A stretch of 64,000 nt of DNA from Laetmonice hystrix (lineage: Eukaryota): NCBI GenBank assembly GCA_965235115.1, contig OZ249443.1:6882001-6946000 (forward strand). The letters run 5' to 3'. This document shows positions 34,101 through 46,100 of this stretch, piece after piece. The notes beneath the pieces were generated by a model. That model was not told where the DNA came from and searched no databases. It saw only the letters and a program-made list of their open reading frames with translations. The number at the start of each line of letters is the position of its first letter. Position 1 is the stretch's first letter. A program made the translations under genes and the position numbers.

Positions 34101-37100
34101 CATCAAAACCTTGCCGCATTGAAATGCTGTTATCTTCAAGGTTTCAAAATATTACCAAATTATGAATCAAACGCTGAAATAAATATTCCTATTTTCTCGG
34201 ACAAAACATGGCCGTCCCTGAATGAGAGATGAGGGGGTGTATTACAATAACAGTAAGACAGACAGGACCGTCTTCCACCGCGTAATTTAATATTCCGAGT
34301 TAACAAAAGTTGCAGCAGAACACTAAAATAGGTACATGTAATCAGACGTGATTACCTCTCCCTTTTCTCACATCTCCTGAGGTATTACAAATGTAACAAT
34401 CATAATATAACATTCAAAACCTTGTCCTTCTATAGTTACTGCAGCAAGACGTCAAGGATAACCTGACACTTCAAGTAAACCCTCCAAACTCCCCTATACA
34501 GTACCAACTTTATGAAGAGATAAATTGTTGAATTCCAAGAAAACTATCAACCCCCTCCTCTTCCTACTCCCCGGACGTCATCCCGACATTATATGCATAC
34601 TTTCTTCATCAAACACATCCTGACCCGTCAGTGGCTGAACTCCTTTATAATTCGCGGTCAGTCAGCGTCCAGACTCTCGTATCATTCTGGGCAACTGCCG
34701 TATCAGTCTGGGCAAATGCCGTATCATTCCCATCCATGTTTCTTCATAATGAGCGGGGACCGCTGACATTGTTAAACTAATCGCCTTCTCCCGCGGACAG
34801 GATTGCTTTATAAGTAAGACAATAATTATTCTTGAGAAACGTTGGGGCGGGGGGGGGGGCAGACAACACCCCCCCCCCCCTCCCCTGTCTGTATGATAAG
34901 ATAAGTGTTAGCAGTAGAACCCCAGGAGAATATATAATTGATATTTGCCCACTCTTAAATATCACTAGGGGCAGGTGTATGTTGCTGTGGAGGTGTGTAA
35001 TAAAGATGTATCTGGCGACGTGTACCATCAGTGACCATCCTCTAACTGCTGCCACAACCCACAACACTGTGATACACATCAACTTGACTGACTACAAGTA
35101 CCATCACCGACCATCCCCTAACTGCTGCCACAACCCACAACACTGTGATACACATCAACTTGACTGACTACAAGTACCATCACCGACCATCCCCTAACTG
35201 CTGCCACAACCCACAACACTGTGATACACATCAACTTGACTGACTACAAGTACCATCACCGACCATCCCCTAACTGCTGCCACAACCCACAACACTGTGA
35301 CACACATCAACTTGACTGACTACAAGTACCATCACCGACCATCCCCTAACTACTGCCACAACCCACAACACTGTGATACACATCAACTTGACTGACTACA
35401 AGTACCATCACCGACCATCCCCTAACTGCTGCCACAACCCACAACACTGTGATACACATCAACTTGACTGACTACAAGTACCATCACCGACCATCCTGTA
35501 ACTGCTGCCACAACCCACAACACTGTGATACATCAACTTGACTGACTACAAGTACCATCACCGACCATCCCCTAACTGCTGCCACAACCCACAACACTGT
35601 GATACACATCAACTTGACTGACTACAAGTACCATCACCGACCATCCCCTAACTGCTGCCACAACCCACAACACTGTGATACACATCAACTTGACTGACTA
35701 CAAGTACCATCACCGACCATCCCCTAACTGCTGCCACAACCCACAACACTGTGATACATCAACTTGACTGACTACAAGTACCATCACCGACCATCCCCTA
35801 ACTACTGCCACAACCCACAACACTGTGATACACATCAACTTGACTGACTACAAGTACCATCACCGACCATCCCCTAACTGCTGCCACAACCCACAACACT
35901 GTGATACACATCAACTTGACTGACTACAAGTACCATCACTGACCATCCCCTAACTGCTGCCACAACCCACAACACTGCGATACACATCAACTTGACTGAC
36001 TACAAGTACCATCACCGACCATCCTCCAACTGCTGCCACAACCCACAACACTGTGATACACATCAACTTGACTGACTACAATTACCATCACCGACCATCC
36101 CCTAACTGCTGCCACAACCCACAACACTGTGATACATCAACTTGACTGACTACAAGTACCATCACCGACCATCCTATAACTGCTGCCACTGATACAGTGG
36201 AATCTTATCTTCCAGTCTTTGAGTAGTTCTATTCCTAGAGTACTACTCTTGCGATAACACTTTTAGCTGATGCATCTTTTATCAAATGCCGAAACTGAGC
36301 AAGAAATAATTAGCAATGGTGAACTCAGTGAGACCGATAAAACGTGGATCTCGAACACCCCAAGAAAGTAAGCGAAACACTGGATGCTTCTAATTACACA
36401 GGCCCGTAGTCTAAACGGGCAGACAGCCACTTTTTCGTGCAAAGAAGTATCTGTACAGCAATTATATTTTCTTGTCAGTTTTCAATGGAAGCTCTGGTTG
36501 TAGGCCTTCTATTTTCACCCAAAAAGTCCATTTCTTATAAAAAATATTCACTCCATCAAAAAAGGCCATNNNNNNNNNNNNNNNNNNNNNNNNNNNNNNN
36601 NNNNNNNNNNNNNNNNNNNNNNNNNNNNNNNNNNNNNNNNNNNNNNNNNNNNNNNNNNNNNNNNNNNNNNNNNNNNNNNNNNNNNNNNNNNNNNNNNNNN
36701 NNNNNNNNNNNNNNNNNNNNNNNNNNNNNNNNNNNNNNNNNNNNNNNNNNNNNNNNNNNNNNNNNNNNNNNNNNNNNNNNNNNNNNNNNNNNNNNNNNNN
36801 NNNNNNNNNNNNNNNNNNNNNNNNNNNNNNNNNNNNNNNNNNNNNNNNNNNNNNNNNNNNNNNNNNNNNNNNNNNNNNNNNNNNNNNNNNNNNNNNNNNN
36901 NNNNNNNNNNNNNNNNNNNNNNNNNNNNNNNNNNNNNNNNNNNNNNNNNNNNNNNNNNNNNNNNNNNNNNNNNNNNNNNNNNNNNNNNNNNNNNNNNNNN
37001 NNNNNNNNNNNNNNNNNNNNNNNNNNNNNNNNNNNNNNNNNNNNNNNNNNNNNNNNNNNNNNNNNNNNNNNNNNNNNNNNNNNNNNNNNNNNNNNNNNNN

Positions 37101-40100
37101 NNNNNNNNNNNACCGGGAGCACAGAGCTAACGGGCCAATCTCCCACCAGTCTGGCTTCCACGAACATATCTGATATGTCTATCGCCATGAAAAATACCAC
37201 ATTGGGTAGTCAGTTTATCATGGGGCACCACGGCTGCCCTTGCCCGGGTTGAAGGACCGTTATTTCTGTGGTATCCACCACCCCCCCTCCCCCATTGATA
37301 AATTCATGTTGCTATCTTACTCGCATCAGGATCAGCCCACTGTATTCTTTGCCTTTGAAGTTGGCACAGAAAAGCTTATCAGGGATAGAGTTATTCCTGC
37401 CCTATCAGGCTAAGTTAGACGGATCGCTGGGATACGGCTCTTGGAAGAGATGCCTGCAATGTTTTTAATGGATGTTATGACACCGTATGACGTCAGTTAC
37501 CGACCCCAACAATTGGTGCAGGAGAGAAATACTTTACATGACGGATCAGCAGCAGATGGAGCTGCAGATGGGCGCAGCAGATGGAGACTTGCCCCATGTT
37601 GGCGGGGTGGTGGTGATCCTGGAATACGATCATTTATCTCTCGCTCAACTTTTATCTCATGTCTACCGAGAATAGAGCAACGACTTGGACGAAAATAACA
37701 CTTGTTTTTCCAGTGCCTCTAGTAATCATTCTGTCAAGAAACGTGGAAAAATCGGATTTCATGATGGAACAAATCAGGAGTCTATGGGAGAAAAAACCAG
37801 ACCTGAGACTGACCCAGGGGAGAAATGTTCATCCCTGTGGTCGATTTACCCCAGTGACTAACAGGCAGTCTGACAGACACGGGTTCCAGCGACTTTATGT
37901 TCGTGAAAGCTGGCGAAGATTAAATTCTTCGTATCGAGTATCAATCTGACAACAGTACGGTACGGCAGCCTCCGAGCGCACCGTGTGACGGACATAACGA
38001 GGTTAGCTTGTCGTTTCGAGATATGACATACGATAATGCCGGGAGGATAAAAAGAAATCTGTCTGCTGCGCAGCGTTAATACCCGCCGTGCCCGTGGGCC
38101 CTTCTTCTATCATCAACCAGCCTTTTATGATCTATAACATCGGCGTATATGAGGCGGCGAGCGAAACAACGGCTAGACAGTGGTGAAACAAAGTGATGAC
38201 TGCTGAGGAACAAATAGATGGTGGCTGGGAAACCGAGAGATGGTGGCTGGGAAACCGAGAGATGGTGGCTGAGAAACCGAGAGATGGTCGCGGAGAAACC
38301 GAGAGATGGTGGCTGAGAAACCGAGAGATGGTGGCTGAGAAACCAAGATGGTGGCTGAGAAACCAAGAGATGGTACCTGGGAAACCAAGAGATGGTGGCT
38401 GAGAAACCGAGAGATGGTGGCTGAGAAACCGAGAGATGGTGGCTGAGAAACCGAGAGATGGTGGCTGAGAAACCGAGAGATGGTGGCTGAGAAACCGAGA
38501 GATGGTGGCTGAGAAACCGAGAGATGGTGGCTGAGAAACCGAGAGATGGTGGCTGAGAAACCAAGAGATGGTGGCTGAGAAACCAAGAGATGGTGGCTGA
38601 GAAATAAAGAGCTGGTGCAATGGCACCAAGGCCTCAATAAAACCTCCCGTAGTAGGTAAAAACCTACATGCACATCTTATGTCCTTATATAATTCAAGCT
38701 CTACTACACGTACATGGATCCCTTCTCCGGACCACGATCTGATCACGGCTCAGGTACACACCCAGGAACCTTTCCACTCTGTCACGATACATTCTGATCA
38801 AGACATATCAAACTGGTCTAAACGGGCCGGGACAGTGGGAGACGGCCTCGAGCTGCCCTCTCGACCATCACTGACTATTGGTAACCGACATCGGTCACAG
38901 TGGTCACACGGTCGCATGGCAACAGTCACATACAACCATGTCGATGACGGGGGCAGTGAACCTGGGGTGGGGCCCCGATATTTGTCTTGATCTCACACCC
39001 CTACTCCCAACCCACACAGGGGGTGGGGTGGGGGTTAAAGGCACCGACTGGAAATCTCTAAACCACAGCCAGGGTGTTTTCGGATACACAGGATCGTAAA
39101 TCCCCGCCTGTCATGGCTTAAAATATAAATACACTACTCTTCACGATAGAAGGGCATGACCGTGGGCATCAAAGTCCAACTCTGGTTTCACCTGGGCTGC
39201 ACCAAGAGGTGACCTTGTGGTCTTGAATAACACCAGAATGGATTCTCAAACCTTTGTGTGTGTTACTGGAGCTCACAAAACGCCACCCATGTCTGAGTAA
39301 ACATGAACAGGAACACCAATTAACCCAAACCTCAACCTTCCCTATAAACTGACCCATACTTCATACTCTACTCTCACTGGGTCAATATTCATCCACTTTT
39401 ACATGTGGATCTGTATAAAACCTCCGGACTTGCAATTGTTCAGACTACAGATGTTATACAAGTTATCCCCACGACATAAGAATGCAGACCAAATCATAAA
39501 CAATATCAGTTGGATGAAGGCCAACATTCCCCTAGCAGGATATGCCAATCTAATTCCCCGTGCTGGTATCTTCCTCCGTCAGACCCCATGAAGTGATGAA
39601 CTCGGTGAAGCTGAGGGCAACTTGTGGAAGAACACGCTTCAAGATTGCCAATCAGGGGGTCGGGGTCAGAGAATTCCTGTCTATTATAAATCTGTGCACT
39701 GTTTTGTCGTAATTGGTAGACCTCAACTGAGGGCAGGAACGCAGGCAAGCTCCAGGATTCGGTTTATCACTACCTATCTGATTGTCTGTCTAACAGGCGC
39801 CAGCGTTCGCCTGGGCCTGGCTCGGTCAGCAGGTTTGGGGGGGGGGAGGGTCAACCGGCGTTCCGGTGAGACGTCGTCTTCGGTACATGTCGCCGATAAG
39901 AGAAAACAAGCCCGTCCTACCCTGGGAAAACAACACCTTATGAGAGCACAGGTCATGCTTATCAAAAATTGATATTCACTTTTTATCTCGCATGACAGAA
40001 ATTACGGCATTCACTTTCCGAATGTAATTTCAGCCAAGTCCCATCTGGGGTTTGTGAAGTTTAGTCTCACTCGGTTATCTAAGCGGCGCACTCCACCTTT

Positions 40101-43100
40101 TTAAACAGACAATAGGAAACAGTGTTTTGTTGTTTACTTTTTCAATTAAAGCCTTGTGTTCGGGAAAGCCTTTTTCCTTTTTCTATTCAAATCTTCGACA
40201 GTTGTGTACAGTTACATAAGTCTTTATCGCCCTCTATTGTCTTAAATACAAAGCAGCACTGTGAAAACGACTGTACATGTACACCATGCAGGTTGTTTTT
40301 GCTTTGTCACAGTTATCGACCAACCATTGCCTCTGTGTCTCTTCAAACACTAGTTATTATAATGGCATTTGCCATTTGTCAGCTGAGGTTGAATGTGATC
40401 AATGACTGAGCCTTGAAATCTCTGTCAGTGTGACACATCATTGAATAGGTCACTAATGTGACAAATCGTAGATTCATACCCCAGCATTTCGCTGGTCACC
40501 TGCTATAATCCCAGGCAGGGGTTGCCCTTCCAGAGCCAAGCGAAAACGGTTTCTCCGGACCAATCTACTCCTTACTGGAGTCCACTGGGCCTGCATCCAT
40601 TGACTCAACAGGCCTGCGTACCGTGACGTTCAAACCTGCCACTGTCAAGACGGCAGACATTTCGGGAAACCAGGAGCCTAACGACCCCAGGCCCCGTTCG
40701 TAAAAACTTAAGATCTTGCTTCAGCTTAAGCTTAAGGCTTCTGACTGACTGGTCTAAGCAGACCAGCCAATCAGCGTTAAGCAAGAACGTAAGTTTAGAA
40801 GCCGAGAAGACGTTGTGAGAAGCATTGATTCTCGATCCTGTGACCCCTGAGAGTGCCATAGACTGCCGGATGAGTGCCTACCACCATTCAGTCATAAATT
40901 CACACGCTCACCCAGCGACCCACTGATGTCAGCATGACAATTAGCCGGAGCATGATTTGTAATTACATTGTACCAGGGCCTGCAAGCCGCTGGAAGCCAG
41001 TGCGACCAGAAGATACTGACGATGTCAACGACTGGGTCTCACAACTTATTTTTACCAGGTCAACTTCTAATCATATTATCCGACTGTAGCTCGTATGGTC
41101 CCAAGCCATTTAACTGTATCTGAAAGCCATACAAATCTTTGGTCGCATTTTCTGGGTAATTCGTATTCCCAGGCCATTTAGAGTCCCACGGACAGGATTT
41201 CCATCCAATGATCTACGTCCCGGTTTGAATTTTCACGTTGTATTTTACACACTGAACAGAAATCTTTCCTCAGGTTACGTGAATTATGGAGCGGATGTGG
41301 TGGTTGTAATCAGTAACACTATCCAAGTGGTTCTCAAACTAAATCAGGAGCAAACAGAACTGAATATCTCTAACCGAATGAACAGATTCAAGGCTTTTTA
41401 CTCCTCTAGATGACGCTGAACGCAAACTTCATAAAGTTTATCAAATATTTTTTAACAAATATAATCTTCAGATGCCCACAACTGACTACTCCCATTATTC
41501 TGGTTCAGCAGAGGGAGCGAAGCACTGGGTCTTACTAAGGTCAACCCTGACCTTAATTTGACCTTTTACACGACGAACCACGGGACCCAATTATGGTCCT
41601 CATCCCTCTCGTCAGCCGCTGGCCGCGGCTGTGGGACCAGTTTCTTCGACATTAACTATTCAGTGTTCAAACGGACCGGTGTAATTTTATTGCAGTGCTG
41701 GTGAGCAAAGGTTGTCTTCTACCTGTAGCACTGTGAAACCTGAAACCTCATCAACGGTTTTGCCCGTCTCACTGTAGCTCTCTGTATTAGCATTAAGTCT
41801 GCCAGGTAATTCAAGAATTAATATTTGAAAAAAAAAGGTTATAGGGATTCTTTAAAAAAACAAATACTGGCTAAACAAAGGCATAAACAAAACGGTAACA
41901 AAGGCGACCCTGACATTGTCAGCACAGTTATTGTCCGAACTCAGGCTTGAGAATCTTCCTTTGTAAGATTTAACTGACAACCACCTGCGACCTTCGCCAT
42001 TTTAGCAGTCTCACAAGTCCCAGTCTAATTACAGTGAACCCTAGTTTAATGTGCCTTAATCAATAATAGATGAGAAAACAAAGGCTGCACCAATTACTGG
42101 CGGGACACTTGTCTACAATGGGCGAGACAACAAAGAACATCTTGTCACCTCAAAAAGGTCAAGTTCAAGAAGACAAACTTAATTAATAGTTCTCATTTCT
42201 CTGTCCAGGTGGCTCTACTTCTGAGTGAGCGCCTACAGATCCGACGTCCGGACTGCATCCTGTTTACAGCAGCAATAATGCCAAGAAATTCTAGATTTCA
42301 CCAAAGTCCTTGACTGATCCTGGCAATGTTGGACACCTCAAGGAGGGTCGCCAAAGGGGACCTTCGGTTATTTGCCCACTTCCGGCATTGGAAAGCGAAC
42401 ACAATACTCCTGATCCAGTATCACCTGGCTGTCCCAATTCCTACCATTCAGCCTAGAGACTGAGAGACAGTGCCGCTGACACTGCTGGGATTGATATCAA
42501 ACTATTCAGTACATTGTGTAAACGTCAGTAAAGCCCACCCATTGTCCTCTAACTAGGTATATACCAACAATAAGAGACGTATGTCTGGAGCTATACAGAC
42601 AACTCATCCGATTTGTCTTTCTCTCAAATAATACGTCTATTACATTTCCTGCCATCGCCTCTCTATTTGTCTTTCACCCTCAGCTGTATGTTGGTGTATA
42701 CTTATACAAATTTGTACCAGACGTTAAAGAGAAACATGCCAATATACTAAGGGCCCACTTTCTGCCACGCTCTTACGTCCCACCCCCAAGACCTGATTGG
42801 CTGGACTGTCCGAGGTTGGCCTGTCAATCAGTTCCCACCCAGACTGACCTACTGGAGTCTAAAGTTTCCAATAAGATGACAAATAAACTTTGCTGTTGTT
42901 CCGTCTGAACGCCAGTTTCTTTCTCCGCTAAATACAACACCAAGACGAGATCGTCTGAAATGACTGTTCTTTGGTTATAACAATTACTAGCCACATTTCA
43001 AATTATCTTTCAGGCATATTCAGTTACTGCTATTCTCACAGGGGATATTTTATTAAGCGCACACCTCGTTGAGGTGTTGTGTTTTTAAAACCCCCGTTCC

Positions 43101-46100
43101 GAGTACCTACTTGTCTCGACCCTCGATACGCCGCAGATGTTCCTCCGCCCTCATCCTGGCCAGCTGTTGATCCGTGCGCTGCAGATGGAGGTTCCGGATC
43201 GAATCCATGCGGGCCTGATGCCGTGTACTCCGCATGTGGGACTCGAAGTGCTGCAATGGTCAACAAATATTTAAACCATTAGCATCTTGTCTAAATAGTC
43301 AACGGTTAGGTGGAATTAGCTTTGTGCTACTGAAAGTCTACACTCGAATTATGCATATATACAGAAAGTAATCTAATATCTGAACGATGGCAGGATGCTT
43401 CGACAATAATAGCTTTTTTAGGATACATTAAATGCAATATCCTGCCCATCTTTAAATGCCTTAATGGTCTGAAGTAGAATTTCAGGTAGAATCATTTGAA
43501 TGCAGCTTCAATCTAACATCATAGCTTCACTCCAATAAAGTACAACGCGTTATTGATATTAAGGTTGAATATGATACGAATAAGGAGTAAATATGGGCTT
43601 CCCTCGTCACCTGAACCACGTGTCTGCTACACGTTTTACTTAAGTATTCCATTTCCGGGAACAATACAGCCATATCCGGGCATTAAGACTCCGACTGCAT
43701 TTTTTACTGTGTGATTTGGCGCTTCGCGTATATTCAACATTCAAGATTTAATTCCCTATTGAAAGTTGTTGGCGCCGATGCCAAAGTACTGGCTGCTTTT
43801 GTTCCCAAAGGAAATATAAAGTGGCTCTATTGTTAGACAAAAGACTAAAATCTTGCTGCTGCAGATCCCCTCTGCGAACTAACTAATCCATAATGCAAAT
43901 CAGCCGACCACGCAGGAGTTAAGCCTTTAATGTGTTTGAGATGCAGCATTAAGGCCGATTTAGATAATCCCATCTCGAGACCTACCTGGTGATCAGTATC
44001 ATATATCGCGGCCGTTATTGTGTAGCGTTAGATGGACATACAGCTGGTCGGTCTCCAATCATAACATTTCAACCAACATCCCGAAATTAAAAATTTCGTA
44101 ATCGACCTGTACTTTTTGGTTATATTTAATTCACCTAATGGGGCATGACTCTGGTTCTCTGCCTGTACCCGAGTCCCCTTGTTGAATTACATGGTGGGGA
44201 TGGCGCAGGCTATAGGCCTACCGTCTGCTTAATGTAGCGTCTATAATGTTGTACTTGTGTAGTAGTCTGCCAAAGGCTCATCCAGTTATTGGCACAATAT
44301 ACGTTCTGTTCAATTACCAATATTGGGTAAGTCAATGAGCATTCAAAACACTATGTGTGAAAACAAGTCTAATATGTGCATCTCCCTTCTCTTCAGCCTC
44401 CAATAATACACATCTAAAGGGTTGCAATAAAAGTCTGGATGACATCCACAATGCCACATTACAGGCCCAACAGTGCTCCTGTTATTGCTACAACCCATCG
44501 TCCCCCATGCCACATCACAGGCCTCACAGCCCCTCACAATACCATGAAAAGCCGCCACTCCAAACCCCCCTCAGTTGCTCTTCAGAGTTCTGGTCCATTT
44601 TTCTGCCTCTCCATTTCCTTTCGATCCTGTCCCCGTTTCCCCACGTACGCCCAGAATCTTGGGCGGTAATTTCCTCCAAGATTTTGTTATAATTTCCTCG
44701 CCAATCTCTCCTTATTTCCTTCTGTCACGTGTCTGCTGTCAAGTGTTTTTTCCTCTCCCTCCCTGGCCTTTCCTCGTGGATGACGTTCGGAGAATGTGTC
44801 AGGACCAGGATGTCGGCCTGATGGCGCCCCCTAGCGTTCAAATTTATTACCCTCTCAGCATTCAGTGGAGGATAATGTTAGGTTCGACGTTCTGTCACCA
44901 GAGTGGCCAGGACATCCAAGGCTGATACACGGGGGATGTTGGTACTCGGTGTATTTCACAGTCAGCCTATTCAACCATCTTAGAACTACCGCCTCACTCG
45001 AGCAGTAAGGTTGGCTAGACTAAACCGTGGAAACATGTAATGTACAGACATCTCACAAAGATGAAAAAGACTGTGATTTTCGAGAAGGGCTCGGTGAAAT
45101 CGGCTCACCCGGTCCGCGGCCCCTGGCACAGTGCCCTGGTCGGCACTGATGTGTTCATTTTAATGGTCTTTCCCTTCACTTCCAAGTCGGTGACGAGCCG
45201 ATTGCAAGGACCATGGTCCTTCTTTGTGAAACCCTCGACTAGGTAATAGCATCAAAGGCTTGGCTCACTCTGGAGTTGACCTTAACCTTACTCCCCATCT
45301 CCTACCCTTTCTTCAGCTTTACACGTCCAGGATTTTCTACATCGCCCACGTCAGCTGGTCTGGGAAGGCTCGTCAATGGTGGAGGGTGGTTTTCTATAGA
45401 TTAAACAAACTCGCATGTGTGCAGTCTGTATACATGTGTTTGTCAAGCCTTCTTAAGCTGGCCTTCCTACCTTCATGAGTGACCTTCCTGGACAGATTGA
45501 CGGCTAACTGACGGCTGCTCAGGCCGACAATTAACGACTGCAGTGTAAGCAAGTCAGGCCGCTCGTCAAACCAGCCGCTCTCACCTGCTATTTCTCTCCC
45601 TCACGACAAAACTTCCAAGAACAGATATTATTTCAACCTGTCTGAAGAGGAGCAGACACTTTTCAAACAATCTCCTGTAGAAGTGTGAAGACCAGCTCCG
45701 AGCGCCCCAAGTCCCACTGTCTCATCGCTAAAAGCTGTAATCATGACGATACACAACTCTCCCGAACACAAAGATCTGTAAGGCCGCCAGTTTATTATAC
45801 ACAAGCCGATGTCAACCGCCAATACTTGACGCCGCTGTAACTTGTAAGGACCTCTATTCCGGTTTAGCGTTGCCTTTGACCTTCCATTATGACACAGCTA
45901 AGTAGGTGCAAACAAAATTACTTCAATGTGACAGCACCCCGCCACAAATTATACATCGATGCAGTAACCTAGATGGGCGGGCCATAAACCTGTCGGCAAG
46001 AGAACTCCCCCCGGCTCCTAATGCTTTAGAAAAGGCTTGAGTGAAAATCCCTGACCTTTTTACACAAAGGGGCGCAGCTGACGACCTGCTCAGATCAAGC

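Noticed and set aside
36437-37252. 271-aa and 214-aa ORFs
   Set aside because: Artefacts of reading through the N gap.
38076-38990. Three overlapping 160-200-aa minus-strand ORFs and the adjacent plus-strand ORFs
   Set aside because: Produced by the 22-bp minisatellite; not phase-linked to the CIZ1-like exons.
42689-42939. Solo LTR (TGTTG...CAACA ends, internal AATAAA)
   Set aside because: Only 5-bp terminal inverted match and no target-site duplication (ctgta versus ccaag).
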